A DNA stretch of 64,000 bases from Alphaproteobacteria bacterium (GCA_964291215.2 OZ219790.1:1664001-1728000), one strand, 5' to 3'; shown: positions 1 through 15,342, numbered from the stretch's first letter. Numbers and translations: made by a program. Notes: generated by a model not told the origin, from the sequence alone.

Positions 1-760
1 CGAACAGGCGCCAGACAATGTCCGGACGCTCGACATGGCAATTATGTCCTAGCCCGTCGAGGACGACAGCATCGAGATCCAGCACCCGCATATCGTCAAG
101 CGTGCACATCCGGTCTTCGCCGCCGGCAGCAAGCCGTACGCGTGCGTCCGCCGCATGGTAGAAGGTGGCGAGCTCCGGTCCGGCGACGGCATTGACCACA
201 TTGTCCGCGGCCAAGCGAAAACGCCCGTTCTCTTCCACGACGCCAGCCGTTGCCATGTGCGAATCCGGGGCGACCAGGCCGATCAGTCCCGAGACCTTGA
301 GGTAACGGTCGATTGCCTGGTCGCGTTCGTCGAACCAGCACACCGGCCTGGCAGCCAGGTCCTTGAGCCTCGCAATCTCCTCTTCGGTCCAGCTGATCTT
401 CACGCCGAAGGCCAGCGCACAATTCACGGTCACTCCGAACCAGCCGGTCGCCAGCGCCATCGCGACGGCACCACCCATCGAATGGCCGAGAATGACGATT
501 TCCCGACCCTGCCCGCCGACGGTCGCCGCCACGTCCGCAGCATGGACCGCATAACCGTAGGGCGATGCATGACCGGAACGCCCGTGCCCCCTGAAGTCAG
601 GCGCGATCCAGCGATGGGGCCAGGCTTCCCGAACAATGGGAATCAACGGATCCCACACCGAAGCGTTGGCACCGAGACCGTGCAGAAGCACCAGTGTCGG
701 ATCACCGGATCCGCCCTCTTCGAACCACAGCGAACCCCCGTCGGCAGTCGTCGCATTCAT
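1..760 (-). CDS. alpha/beta fold hydrolase (3' end runs off the window)
   Basis: Manual translation from ATG at 760: MNATTADGGSLWFEEGGSGDPTLVLLHGLGAN...APDFRGHGRS...VILGHSMGG...LGHNCHVERP. Has the HG oxyanion motif, GxSxG nucleophile elbow and catalytic His. Absent from the ORF track because no stop codon lies in the window. Confidence 0.88.
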   Translation of the reverse strand, partial: MNATTADGGSLWFEEGGSGDPTLVLLHGLGANASVWDPLIPIVREAWPHRWIAPDFRGHGRSGHASPYGYAVHAADVAATVGGQGREIVILGHSMGGAVAMALATGWFGVTVNCALAFGVKISWTEEEIARLKDLAARPVCWFDERDQAIDRYLKVSGLIGLVAPDSHMATAGVVEENGRFRLAADNVVNAVAGPELATFYHAADARVRLAAGGEDRMCTLDDMRVLDLDAVVLDGLGHNCHVERPDIVWRLF

Positions 761-806
761 TGCGGAATTTCCTCGCGAGCTGAAAGCCGGCCGCTGCCCC
801 CAAGCT

Positions 807-2366
807 TCATTGCGCACCGGAGGAAAGTGCGTAACGCCCGTCTTCCAACCTTTCCAGACCGTGTGTCCTCCGGACGTCATCGAGCGCCGTCACGACCTCA
901 CGGCCATCCCGGCTACAGGCCGCCTCCATGAGATCCCGGAAGGTCCGTGGGCCAAGCTGCAGTGCTTCCAGCACCGAGCACGGTGTTCCGGCCGCAATAG
1001 TCGGCGGTTCCGGCACCAGATAGTCGGTCTCCGGATTCCACCCGAAGGGGAAGGTTAGATCAAATCCCGCCTTGGCGCCGAGACGCGAACCATCAAGCGA
1101 CGGATCCAGCGGAACCGCACGATAACCGCTGGTCGGGATGAAATCCCTGTCGGCCTGAAAGCGGGTCGCCAGCGCCCAGTCCATCTGCTGATCGGAGAAA
1201 ATGTCGATGTCGGGATCGACCGCAAAGACATGCTTGACATCAGCCTTCGATCCGAGCACTGCAGAAATCGCGTTGCGCGCTTCGCCGGGATAGTTCTGCT
1301 CAATGCAGATGCGCGCATTGAACATCCCGCCGCACGACGGCGTGACATATACGCCACGCGGATTGCGCACCGCGGTCTCAAGGGCCTGCCACACTGCAGC
1401 TTCGGTGCGAAGCGCGCAAAGCTGAGCCGTATCGGTGCAGTCCAGATGCCGCCCGCCTATGGTCAGCGTCTGGAACAGCGCGTCGCGCCGCTTCGTGATC
1501 GCCGTCAGATGAAAGACCGGATTAATCTTCATGTGGCCGTAATAGCCGACATATTCGCCGTACGGCCCCTCGCCCTCGTGCCAGCCCTTCTCGTCCAGAT
1601 AGCCCTCCAGCACGAACTCCGCATCGGCAGGAACCCAGGCATTTATCGTCACGCATTTGACCAAGGGCACCGGGGCGCCACGCACCGAACCCATGACACC
1701 GAGTTCATCCTCGTGGACCGTCATGCTGGTGGCGGCAATGCCGTCGGCAGGATGGGATCCGACGACAAAGGCCATCGGCATGCGTGCGTCCTCCCGGACG
1801 AAGGGCGCATACATGCCCCGGAGATCGCTGGGCGCTACGAGGTCGATGCCCGCTTCCCTGCGTCCGCGAAGCATGATGCGGCGATATCCCACGTTACGTT
1901 TCGTTCCGTCGAGACTGCAGGTGATGTCGATGCCCGCCGAAATGTACGGAGCACCATCGAGTTCGTGCTGGAGATGAACCGGAAGGCGCGTGAAGTCCGC
2001 ATCTCCGCCCTCCCAGACCACCTCTTGGCAAGGCGCCTCAGCCGCGGTGACTTCCACCGGAGCAATGGACCCGCGCAGCCGTTCGATGACGGTCTGCTGA
2101 AGCTTGCCCGGTTCGACACCGAGCGCCATCGCAAGCCGTCGGCGCCCGCCCATGACATTGCCGACGATCTCGGCCTCTTCAGGGCCCACGGCCTCGAACA
2201 GCACAGCCTTGTCATTGCCGTCGAGGCGGGATGCCACATCGATGAGATCCGTACGGGCCCCGACCCGTTCCAGTTCTCCGGTCTCCTCGAGACGTTCGAC
2301 AAAACGCCGAAGCCGGAACGCATCCGGCCCGGATCCGGCAGACTCTGCGGCAGCCGCAGCGTTCAT
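807..2366 (-). CDS. UbiD-family (prFMN-dependent) decarboxylase with C-terminal extension
   Basis: EGPYGEY motif, VPADAEFVLEG, DWALATRFQADRD. GGAGG RBS precedes ATG at 2366. Confidence 0.9.
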   Translation of the reverse strand: MNAAAAAESAGSGPDAFRLRRFVERLEETGELERVGARTDLIDVASRLDGNDKAVLFEAVGPEEAEIVGNVMGGRRRLAMALGVEPGKLQQTVIERLRGSIAPVEVTAAEAPCQEVVWEGGDADFTRLPVHLQHELDGAPYISAGIDITCSLDGTKRNVGYRRIMLRGRREAGIDLVAPSDLRGMYAPFVREDARMPMAFVVGSHPADGIAATSMTVHEDELGVMGSVRGAPVPLVKCVTINAWVPADAEFVLEGYLDEKGWHEGEGPYGEYVGYYGHMKINPVFHLTAITKRRDALFQTLTIGGRHLDCTDTAQLCALRTEAAVWQALETAVRNPRGVYVTPSCGGMFNARICIEQNYPGEARNAISAVLGSKADVKHVFAVDPDIDIFSDQQMDWALATRFQADRDFIPTSGYRAVPLDPSLDGSRLGAKAGFDLTFPFGWNPETDYLVPEPPTIAAGTPCSVLEALQLGPRTFRDLMEAACSRDGREVVTALDDVRRTHGLERLEDGRYALSSGAQ

Positions 2367-2534
2367 CTGTACCTCCGTTCCGGCTGTGTCTCGAATCCGT
2401 CCACGTCGCAACAGCGCCGGATCAAATCCGGATCGCGGAACCCACCGCCCCGAGCCTCTCCGGTTGCCACAGGACCAAGCCTGCCGCCCTTATATCATAT
2501 GTGTCCGATGAGGTTGCCCCGGAGCCGCAGCCCC

Positions 2535-4193
2535 CAGGGCTGTTCTGTTGTCGTCCCAGCGATCGGCGCATGCTTATTTTGGTCCGGGCATTCCGTTTTC
2601 GCCGTGGCAGTGTGCCGGCGTGGCGACGCTTGCGACCCCGGATTCCCTCCTTCGCGAGGTGACGGTGCGCCCGTGGCGCACGTGAGCTCCGGGACCGTCT
2701 GGTGAAGGAGCATCACTAGCTGCGGTTTCACGGCATCAAGGGTCTGCGCCATGTCGCCCTGCACGGCGAGATCTGGGTGGTCGGCTGGCGGCGCTCAAGC
2801 TTGCTGCACCGCTGGATCGCTGCGGAACAGCAATTCCGGCGCCTGCACGCGAACAATTCCCGGTTCGTTGGGGGGATGCCGAACCTGGCGTGCCTTCGAC
2901 GGCTGGACATCGAGGCCGCGCGTTCCTCGCGGAGACGTTCGTCAAGCGCTTCGCCGGAACCTGCTATCGCGCGGCGAACTGGCGCTCGCTTGACGCTCGG
3001 TCGCGAGCGGCTCCGCGCGCTTCCGTCACCATGGCCAGGGGATCTTCATGTACGAACTGGGGCCGCCGGGACGCGATCCCGGAGAGCGCAGCACGACAGT
3101 GCCGGGCTTTGGCTGCGCAGCCTGTGCCTGGGCGAGGTGTGCCGCAAGCGCTATCCGCTGAGAACCATTCTCGCGGCTCGCCGGCTACCGCGGCGTGACC
3201 GCATTCGCCGCCCTCCAGGAACAGCTTGCGGCGGTGAACTCGTTCTTCAGCCCGAAGCGCTACACCGCACCCACACCTTCCACACCATCCTCGCTGACCT
3301 GCCGCCCGAGACCCTGCCCTGTAGACGGCCCGGCAGCAGACACGACGGCAAGGACATCCGCGGTGCCTCCAGCCGACGGCGGATGATGGGGTCGAGCACG
3401 GATGGTTCTCGGCCAGGCGAAGAGCAACGAGATCCCCCTCGCCAGCAGCATCAACGTCATCGGCCGCATCGTCACCATGGACGCGATGCACGCTCAGCAC
3501 GAGCGGCGGCTTCTCGAGCGCCGCATGTCGTCACGGCGATAAAAAATAACCAGAAGACCATGCTCGACGACCTCAAGGCCATCGACTTCGAGGGCTCGTT
3601 CGAAACCCTCGACAAGGGCGCATCGAGCGCCGCCGCCGTGGTCGACATCTCCGGCGCCGAGCGGGACCGCTGCGCTGCTCTCCACGGTCGCCGCCATCCG
3701 CATCAAGCGCGAGATCTGCAAGACCAAAGAGAGCAGTGTCGAGACCACCTGGTGCCTCACCTCGCTCGGCCCCGAACGCCCCGAGATGCTTCTGGCGCGC
3801 GGGTCATGGAAAATCGACTCCGCTAAGTACGCGATTTCACCTACGACGAAGACCGCTGCAGGGTGCGCCGCGCAACCTCTTGACAAACGCCGCCATCGTG
3901 CGCTGCGGCGGACACTTCATGCCCGAGGCCAACCGGCACTATGCCGCCCGCGCCCGGGACGCGCGCCATCCTCATCCCGTAGATAAACCTTCGCTCCTGA
4001 CCCCGCGCCACAAGCCGGGAACGCGCCGGCGCAACAGGACAGCTCTGCTCGAACACTCGAAAAAGCGTGCCCGTGAGCCCTGATGCACCAGCAGTGACCA
4101 CTGAAACCGGCCCACAGTGAACCCAAGGTGCCTCAACCATGCCAGGTCCCTGTCACATCAGCAATCCACAGGCCCGACAAAAGAATGGTCCTG
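2535..4193 (+). mobile_element. ISAs1-family IS with N-terminal DUF4338 (DruA-like) region; transposase is a pseudogene
   Basis: Imperfect terminal IRs CAGGGCTGTTCTGTTGTCG / revcomp CAGGACCATTCTTTTGTCG. Exact 10-bp flanking duplication CCGCAGCCCC (2525-2534, 4194-4203). Fragments AETFVKRFAGTCYRAANW, KSNEIP..GRIVTMDAMHAQ, IKNNQKT, RDFTYDEDRCR lie in shifting frames. Confidence 0.88.
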
Positions 4194-4314
4194 CCGCAGC
4201 CCCACCTTCGCCACCGCCGCCCGGCGCGCATCGACAACGGGCAACCGGTCGCAGCGATGACCTGCGGCACGGCACTTGCGTCTTCAGCCCGCACGAGACC
4301 GGCGGGCCTCGCTG

Positions 4315-8207
<3,893 letters not shown>

Positions 8208-8281
8208 GGCAGGCCGGGCCGGCGGACCGGACTACATGTCCATCGCCGGCGTCCGGGCGGGCCGCGCATCGTCGACCGGGA

Positions 8282-9121
8282 TCAGATCAACCGGTCCCAT
8301 ATTCGCCGGAATAGTCCCTTGTTATCGGCTTCGCGCCGGCCACTGCCGACCCCAGTGACAAGTGCATGGCTGTCGCGGTACCACTCGCTGCCCGGATAGT
8401 TGTGCCCGAGTACAGCGGCAACCTTGCTCGCCTCGTCGGTGATGCCGAGCGCGAGATAGGCTTCGACGAGCCGGTGCAGGGCCTCCGGTACGTGGGTCGT
8501 GGTCTGATAGAGATCGACGACACGGCGGAACCTGTTGATCGCAGCCGAATAGTGCCCGCGTCGGAGATAAAACCGGCCAACTTCCATTTCCCTGCCTGCC
8601 AGGTGACCGTGCGTCACGTCGATCTTGATCTTCGCGTCGCGGGCATAGGCTGTCTCGGGGAACCTGCGCACGACCTGCTGGAGCGATCCGAGGGCCTCTT
8701 CGGTCATGCTCTGGTCGCGGGCGGGATCGGACATGCGCTCGTAGTGGCAGAGCGCCCGCAAATAATAGGCATAGGCGAGGGCCTTGCGGTCTCCGGGATG
8801 CAGCTGGATATAGTGATCGAGCGCCGCAACCGCCTCGTCATACCGGTTGGCCTGATAGTTCGCATAGGCCGTCATGAGCTGGGCCCGGGTCGCCCATTGC
8901 GAGTAGGGGTGCTGGCGCTCTGTCTCCTCAAACAGTGTCACCGCATCCGGGTAATTCCCGCGCTCGAGAGAGTCCATTGCCTCGTTGTAGAGGGTCTCTA
9001 CCGGCCTCTCGACATATTCCTCTTCGGTGGATCCGCAGGCATGGAGTGCGGCGGCCAGCAGCAGTACTGCCGCCAAGCGCGTTGCCTGCACAACCAACAT
9101 TGCTGACCGTGAAGGCGGCAT
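8282..9121 (-). CDS. bamD: outer membrane protein assembly factor BamD (lipoprotein)
   Basis: Lipobox LHAC, TPR-like helices, HPYSQWA, EALHRLVEAY; canonical position between lpxC and recN. Confidence 0.93.
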   Translation of the reverse strand: MPPSRSAMLVVQATRLAAVLLLAAALHACGSTEEEYVERPVETLYNEAMDSLERGNYPDAVTLFEETERQHPYSQWATRAQLMTAYANYQANRYDEAVAALDHYIQLHPGDRKALAYAYYLRALCHYERMSDPARDQSMTEEALGSLQQVVRRFPETAYARDAKIKIDVTHGHLAGREMEVGRFYLRRGHYSAAINRFRRVVDLYQTTTHVPEALHRLVEAYLALGITDEASKVAAVLGHNYPGSEWYRDSHALVTGVGSGRREADNKGLFRRIWDRLI

Positions 9122-9431
9122 GAGGCTGATCCCGTCTGTTTCGCGAGACTGTCGGGCCGATCACCGAACCGACCTGTCCTGTATAACGAAACCGAAACCG
9201 TCTGTCAGCCCCGGCCTTCCGGGCGCGCACGGTGATCCCATGCTGATTCCGAGACGCGAAATCCGAGTGCGTTGGGGCTCGCGTCATCACAGATGGCCCC
9301 TTGATCGCAATTTTTCGCGCCGAGAAGGTCTCATTGAGCCTTGGCGGCACGATTGCAGCGCGACGCAGACCGAAAAATCTCGCCGATCGCCGCTGGATTA
9401 GCAGCGTGGGATCGTCGTGTCCGGGTACCGG

Positions 9432-10322
9432 CTAGCCGATGGCCGCCTCACCCGGCGCCGAGGCATCGACCATTGCCCACGCCGTTTCATCCGTAAACAG
9501 GGTCCTGAGCAACTGGTTGTTGAGTTCGTGGCCGGACCGGTACGCCTGCACGGCACCGAGGAGCGGAGCGCCGGCCAGATACAGATCGCCGAAACAGTCG
9601 AGAATCTTGTGGCGGACGAATTCGTCCCGATAGCGAAGGCCGCCCTCGTTCAGGACTCCGTCGACGCCGACCACGACGGTGTTCTTCAGGGACCCGCCGC
9701 GCCCGTATCCACTTCGCAGCAGCTCGTCCACATCCTGCTCCATGCCGAAGGTCCGGGCCCGGGAGATCTCGGACCGGAAGCCGCCACCGGCGGGCTCGAA
9801 ACGGTAGCGCTGGCGGTCGATTGCCGTCGCGGCGAAAGCGATCTCGAAGTCGATGCTGAAACGCTCGGCAGGGACGATCGATACCGATCTGGTGTCGTCG
9901 CCGACGGATACCGGCTTGAGGATCTTGACCGTCCTGCGGGCTGCATCTTGTTCGACGATGCCGGCCTTCTCGATCAACGAGACGAAAGGCGCCGCGCTGC
10001 CGTCCATCGCCGGAATTTCGGGTCCATCGATCTCGACCACAATATTGTCGATTTCGCATCCCGCAAGGGCCGCCATCAGATGCTCGATGGTCCCCACAGT
10101 CGCGCCGCGATCGTTCGCGATCGTTGTCGCAAGGCGCGTGCTCGAGACGCCACGCCAGTCGGCAACGATTTCCCGTGCACCGTTCATCAGGTCGGTGCGC
10201 ACGACCCGAATACCGGAATTCGCGTCCGCCGCCTTCAGGGCGAGACCGATCTCGTGTCCCGAATGCAGCCCGACATCGCGGCATTCTATCGAGGTTCCGA
10301 TCGTCTTCTGTCTGACCACCAT
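9432..10322 (-). CDS. lpxC: UDP-3-O-acyl-N-acetylglucosamine deacetylase
   Basis: GLHSG, TIEHLMAAL, MDGSA, ARTFG, RHKILD. Start chosen at MVVRQKT. Confidence 0.96.
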   Translation of the reverse strand: MVVRQKTIGTSIECRDVGLHSGHEIGLALKAADANSGIRVVRTDLMNGAREIVADWRGVSSTRLATTIANDRGATVGTIEHLMAALAGCEIDNIVVEIDGPEIPAMDGSAAPFVSLIEKAGIVEQDAARRTVKILKPVSVGDDTRSVSIVPAERFSIDFEIAFAATAIDRQRYRFEPAGGGFRSEISRARTFGMEQDVDELLRSGYGRGGSLKNTVVVGVDGVLNEGGLRYRDEFVRHKILDCFGDLYLAGAPLLGAVQAYRSGHELNNQLLRTLFTDETAWAMVDASAPGEAAIG

Positions 10323-10536
10323 GCCGATCACGCTGTTTGCTAAATTATTGTGGTGACAGTCATAATTCAGCCACAATCGACATTTGGCAAATCAACAAAT
10401 ATTGCAGGAATATTACGCGCTTGCCGGATTCCTCCGCCACCCGCGGCGTAACTGAACACGGGCCGGCGGCGCCGGGACGCGCCGCCGCCTGCGACCACGA
10501 GAGGCGGCGGCGCGCGCGGTCCCGGAACCGCGGAGG

Positions 10537-12180
10537 TCAGTTAGCCTGGCGTCGCAGGAACGCGGGGATCTCGAGAAGATCATCGTCGACCTGCGAGGTC
10601 CGGATGCGGTCACCCGAATCGACACCCTCGAGCCGGGCCTGCTCCAGTGCCGGCGGCCGTTCGATCGCTACCGATGGCTCTGTCCTGGCCGGCACCTTGG
10701 CCGCCTCGGCATCGGCGGCCTTTCGGGCCTCCTTCCTGCCAGCGCCGGGACCCTTCCGGAAGAGGCCGGTTCCGAACAACCCTGACGATTTGGGTTCCTG
10801 AGCCGGCCGCGCGTCGGCCTTGAACAGATCCGGCGTGCCAGCAGTCTTCGGTGCCCGGTCGCCGTCGGGCGTCAGCGGTACGCCGCCCCGGGTCGGCGGA
10901 GTTACGGTAATGGCCTGCGGCTGCGATATCGGCACCCTCTCGGGCGCGAGTCCGGCAGGCGACGAAGTACCGACGGCAGCCGGATTCGCACCGTCTCTCA
11001 ACACCGCCGGCCGTGCGGTGGGCGGGTCATCCGCTGTCGTGCGCGCGACAGTTGCGTCCTCACCGAGGCCGCCGGGCTGCGTCTCATTACCGTCGTCGCG
11101 GATTTCGGTCACGGGCTCCTCTGCGGCCGGTTCCGGCGGGATGGTCGTCTCGGGCGCTACGGGCTGGGTGCCAGGAACCGCACGCAGCGACGGACGCGCC
11201 GTCTGGCCCGGTACCGGCGCGTCGATGCCGGTGGCCACGACAGATACCCGTATCTTGCCGTCCAATTCGGGGTCAATGGCCGATCCGAACACGATTTCGG
11301 CGTCCCCTCCGACTTCCTCACCGATCCGGTTGGCGACCTTGTCGACCTCGAACAGGGTCATGTCGCTTCCACCCGTGATGTTGATCAGGATACCCCGGGC
11401 CCCCTGCAGCGAGACCTCGTCGAGCAGCGGATTGGAGATGGCGGTTTCCGCCGCCACGATCTCACGATCTTCTCCCTGGCCCTCGCCGGTGCCCATGATC
11501 GCCTTGCCCATGTCGCTCATCACGGTGCGGACGTCGGCAAAGTCGAGATTGATCAAGCCAGGCACCACCATCAGATCGGTGATTCCCCGCACGCCGCTGT
11601 GCAGCACATCATCGGCCATTGCGAAGGCGTCCGCGCAGGTCGTCTTTTCGTTGGCTACCCGGAACAGGTTCTGGTTCGGGATGACGATCAGCGTATCGAC
11701 GTGCTGCTGCATCCCCTCTATCCCCATCTCGGCCATCTTCATCCGCTTGGAACCCTCGAACTGGAAAGGCTTGGTGACGACGCCGACGGTGAGAATGCCC
11801 TGCTCCCGCGCCACTCTTGCAACAACAGGCGCAGCGCCGGTTCCGGTTCCGCCACCCATCCCGGCCGTGATGAACAGCATGTGGGTATCGGACAGGGCAT
11901 CCGACAGGATATCGGCAGCCTCCTCGGCCGCGGCGCGTCCGATTTCCGGCCGGGTGCCGGCACCGAGACCCTGCGTGGTCTCGATTCCGAGCTGGATCTT
12001 GCGCGGCGCAAGATTGTGCGACAGCGCCTGCGCATCGGTGTTGGTGGCAATGAATTCGACGCCTTGCAAATCAGCTGCAATCATGTTGTTGACGGCGTTG
12101 CCGCCCGCGCCCCCGACGCCGATAACGGCTATTCTCGGCGACAGCTGGTCATGTTCGGGAACTGAGAGATTGATAGCCAT
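10537..12180 (-). CDS. ftsZ: cell division protein FtsZ
   Basis: GGGTGTG tubulin motif, NLDFAD, long Pro/Ala-rich linker, C-terminal [12 protein letters not shown]. Confidence 0.98.
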   Translation of the reverse strand: MAINLSVPEHDQLSPRIAVIGVGGAGGNAVNNMIAADLQGVEFIATNTDAQALSHNLAPRKIQLGIETTQGLGAGTRPEIGRAAAEEAADILSDALSDTHMLFITAGMGGGTGTGAAPVVARVAREQGILTVGVVTKPFQFEGSKRMKMAEMGIEGMQQHVDTLIVIPNQNLFRVANEKTTCADAFAMADDVLHSGVRGITDLMVVPGLINLDFADVRTVMSDMGKAIMGTGEGQGEDREIVAAETAISNPLLDEVSLQGARGILINITGGSDMTLFEVDKVANRIGEEVGGDAEIVFGSAIDPELDGKIRVSVVATGIDAPVPGQTARPSLRAVPGTQPVAPETTIPPEPAAEEPVTEIRDDGNETQPGGLGEDATVARTTADDPPTARPAVLRDGANPAAVGTSSPAGLAPERVPISQPQAITVTPPTRGGVPLTPDGDRAPKTAGTPDLFKADARPAQEPKSSGLFGTGLFRKGPGAGRKEARKAADAEAAKVPARTEPSVAIERPPALEQARLEGVDSGDRIRTSQVDDDLLEIPAFLRRQAN

Positions 12181-12285
12181 GTTTACCTCCTGGTTGCCAT
12201 GGACAGGGGCGGGGACAGGATGTTCGCCCGGCCTCCGTGGGTGTGGGCGCAGTGCCCGGGATTGCGGTTAATGAACTCCATCGTT

Positions 12286-13569
12286 TCAAAAACACTCCTT
12301 CAGCCACCGGCGAACTCCGAACAGGCGCCTCCCGCGGCCATGGTCGATTTCATCGTCAGGGAAATCGCCATGCCGCTCGAGGCTGTGGCGCAGCAGGCCG
12401 GCGCAGACCGCAAAGGCGGGACCGCCGTTGGCGTCGGGCAGTCCCGAAATGCGAAGCGGACGACCGACCCGGACCTGCTTGCACAGAACCTGTTCGGCGA
12501 AGCGCTGCAGGCCCTGCAGTTGCGCGCCGCCACCGGTAAGAACAAAACGTTGGGAAACCGTCGGGTCGAGATGAGCGAGCTCGAGGCGTTCGCGGACAAG
12601 TTCAAAAATTTCCTCGATCCTCGGCCCGACGATTCCGGCAAGGATCGACCGCCGCACGTGATTGGCCTGCTGGTGCTCGCCCTCGCCGACCACGGGAACA
12701 TCGATGAGCTCGTTGTCGTCGCACAGAGAGGTGCCCGCGTCGCCGCAGAGGATCTTCATGCGTTCGGCATCGCCGAGCGGTGTCGACAATCCGCAGGCGA
12801 TGTCCTTGGTGATGTGATTGCTGCCGACCGGAACGGAGTCTGCGAATACCATCTCACCGCCGACGAACGACGCAATGGTGGTCGTCCCGCCGCCCATATC
12901 GAGAAGCGTCACGCCGATTTCCCTTTCGTCCTCGACGAGGCATGCAAGACCTGACGCGTAGGACGACACCACGACATCCTCGAGCTCGAGATGGCAGTGT
13001 GCGATACAGTTGTGAAGATTGCGGACCGTGGCCGCGGCCGCGGTGACCTGGTGATAGCGAGCACCCAGCAGCTCCCCGAACATGCCCCTCGGATCCCGGA
13101 CCCCCCGGTATCCGTCGATGTCGTAACCAACCGGCTTGCAGTGGAGGACGGCGCGATCTTCTGGCTGCAGGCATTCAAGGCTCTGCCGGCGCATCCGGCG
13201 AAGATCGGCATCGCCGATCTGGTGGCCGTCGAGCGCAACCTCGATCCGGCACATGCTCGAGCGGAACTCGCCTGCCGACAGGTTGACGACGACACGCTGC
13301 ACCTGTTCGCCCGCCCGCTCCTCGGCGACACCCACCGTCTCGACGACGGCCCGCTGGGCCGCTTGCATGTCGACAACGCAGCCATTGCGAATTCCGGCAG
13401 ATGCCTGGTGGGCGGCGCCGATGACGCGAATGCGCCCGTCAGCCTCGGTCTGGGCGATGAAACAGCAGATCTTCGAACTGCCGACATCCAGCGCCGCGAC
13501 GAGTCCGGTGCGTGGTCGGATCACGATCAGCCTCCCCTCCGGTCGCGCCTGCCCGCGCGTTGCCGGCAT
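12286..13569 (-). CDS. ftsA: cell division protein FtsA
   Basis: LDVGSSKICC, DMGGGTT, LTGGGAQL, C-terminal WLKECF. Start codon uncertain. Confidence 0.95.
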   Translation of the reverse strand: MPATRGQARPEGRLIVIRPRTGLVAALDVGSSKICCFIAQTEADGRIRVIGAAHQASAGIRNGCVVDMQAAQRAVVETVGVAEERAGEQVQRVVVNLSAGEFRSSMCRIEVALDGHQIGDADLRRMRRQSLECLQPEDRAVLHCKPVGYDIDGYRGVRDPRGMFGELLGARYHQVTAAAATVRNLHNCIAHCHLELEDVVVSSYASGLACLVEDEREIGVTLLDMGGGTTTIASFVGGEMVFADSVPVGSNHITKDIACGLSTPLGDAERMKILCGDAGTSLCDDNELIDVPVVGEGEHQQANHVRRSILAGIVGPRIEEIFELVRERLELAHLDPTVSQRFVLTGGGAQLQGLQRFAEQVLCKQVRVGRPLRISGLPDANGGPAFAVCAGLLRHSLERHGDFPDDEIDHGRGRRLFGVRRWLKECF

Positions 13570-13570
13570 C

Positions 13571-14434
13571 TCATGTCCGATCCCCCTTGCCGTCCGCACG
13601 TTCCTGTCTTTGCGGCGATTCCGATTCCCGCGTGCGCACGATGAGGCGGCCCGGAAAACGGAGATCAATGGCGACCAGATTCTGTTCGAGCAGCCCGTGC
13701 TCGCGCTCTAGCCGCACCAGACTGTCCCAGGCGTCGCGAGCGCCGGTTTCGGGAAGCCAGACATAGACCCCGCTGTCCATGCGGATGTTCCATCTCCGGC
13801 CGCCGACACGGACGGCGGCATCCACCCGTTTCTCAAGCTCGGGCGCTGCTGCCAGCATCGTCATCAACTCCGCGGCATGCGCCGGTGCGTCGGCGCCGAC
13901 GACAACCAGAAGGTCCGAAAACCCTTCCAGGTCGTCGTGCCGAATCACCGTGCCTTCATCATTGATGAGAACCAGCTGCTTGCGCCGCTGCCACAACGCG
14001 ACCGGCCTCCACTCCGCGATCACCACCCGCAGCGCATCCGGAAAGACCCGTCGTACGCTCGCCGCCCGCACCCAGGACAGCTGCTCCAGCCTCTGCCGTG
14101 CGGCCTCCAGGTCGACGGACAGGAGCGGCGTCCCGCGGGCCACGGCCAGCGCTCCCGAGACCTCCTTCACCGACGCCTGACGCCGGCCTTTCAGATAGAT
14201 CTGATCGACCCGCAGGCCGGCCCCGGCGAGGGTGGTCTCGGCAGTGCTGCGCACATTGTCCATGACCGCCGCCGGCCAACCGGCGTGCCAGGACAGGATA
14301 GCGCCGGCCGTAACCGTCGAGGCGAGCGCAGCCGCGACGGCGAAGCGCCGTATCCACCGCGTTCTGCGCGACGCCGGCCGGCGGCGCCTTTTCGCGGCGC
14401 TTCGGGAGCGGAAGGGCAGCCTCAGGCGTCGCAT
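13571..14434 (-). CDS. ftsQ: cell division protein FtsQ
   Basis: Single TM segment, POTRA (LSWVRAASVRRVFPD), IDLRFPGR; position in dcw cluster. Confidence 0.92.
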   Translation of the reverse strand: MRRLRLPFRSRSAAKRRRRPASRRTRWIRRFAVAAALASTVTAGAILSWHAGWPAAVMDNVRSTAETTLAGAGLRVDQIYLKGRRQASVKEVSGALAVARGTPLLSVDLEAARQRLEQLSWVRAASVRRVFPDALRVVIAEWRPVALWQRRKQLVLINDEGTVIRHDDLEGFSDLLVVVGADAPAHAAELMTMLAAAPELEKRVDAAVRVGGRRWNIRMDSGVYVWLPETGARDAWDSLVRLEREHGLLEQNLVAIDLRFPGRLIVRTRESESPQRQERADGKGDRT

Positions 14435-15342
14435 GTCGCCTGCTCCACCATCCACGACACCAACTCCTCGAAGCCGATGCCAATGTGCGCCGCCGCCTCG
14501 GGAACCAGAGAAAGCGGGGTCATGCCAGGCTGGGTGTTGACTTCGAGGAGATACAGCCGGCCTGGCTCGCCACCGGTGTCGTCATAGCGGAAATCCGCTC
14601 GCGACACGCCGCGGCAACCGAGGACGCGGTGCGCCCTGACCGCATAGTCCATCGCCGCCCGATAGGCCTCCTCATGGATGGGCGCCGGAAGCACGTGATC
14701 GGACGCGCCGGCGGTGTACTTGGCGCTGTAGTCGTAGAATCCGATTCGCGGCCGGATTTCCGTGACGCCCAGTGCACGGTCGCCCATGACGCAGACCGTC
14801 AGCTCACGCCCCGGAACGAATTCCTCGATCATGATCCGATCGCCGAGCCGCCAGTCGCTGACATCGGCATCACGCCTGTCGCCGGGCTCCTGCACGATCC
14901 GGACGCCGACGCTCGAACCCTCGTTGGCCGGCTTGACGACAGCTGGCAGCGGTCCCAGATCCGCGCACAGATACTCGTCCCGCGCAAGAATGCGATGCGC
15001 AGGACACGGAATTCCGACCGCGGCAAACAGCTGCTTCGCTGCAGGCTTGTCCATGGCAAGCGCCGAGGCCAGCACGCCCGAATGGGTATACGGGATACCT
15101 AGGCATTCGAGAACTCCCTGCATGCAACCATCCTCGCCGTAGCGCCCGTGAAGCGCGTTGAAGACCACGGCCGGACGCGGCTCAAGTTGCGTGAGGAGAT
15201 CGTCAAGCTGCCTTTCGACGCGGATCGGGCGGACATCGTATCCGGCGCTGGCGAGCGCCTTCAGCACTTCGGAGCCGCTGGTCAGCGAGACTTCACGCTC
15301 GCTGGACCAGCCGCCCATCAGGACCGCCACCGACCCGGTCAT
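14422..15342 (-). CDS. ddl: D-alanine--D-alanine ligase
   Basis: GGWSSEREVSL, LHGRYGEDG, EGSSVG, LEVNTQPGMT. Confidence 0.96.
   Translation of the reverse strand: MTGSVAVLMGGWSSEREVSLTSGSEVLKALASAGYDVRPIRVERQLDDLLTQLEPRPAVVFNALHGRYGEDGCMQGVLECLGIPYTHSGVLASALAMDKPAAKQLFAAVGIPCPAHRILARDEYLCADLGPLPAVVKPANEGSSVGVRIVQEPGDRRDADVSDWRLGDRIMIEEFVPGRELTVCVMGDRALGVTEIRPRIGFYDYSAKYTAGASDHVLPAPIHEEAYRAAMDYAVRAHRVLGCRGVSRADFRYDDTGGEPGRLYLLEVNTQPGMTPLSLVPEAAAHIGIGFEELVSWMVEQATCDA

Noticed and set aside
2690-3130. Druantia anti-phage system
   Set aside because: Only DruA-like fragments inside IS boundaries; no helicase (DruE) or other dru genes are present.
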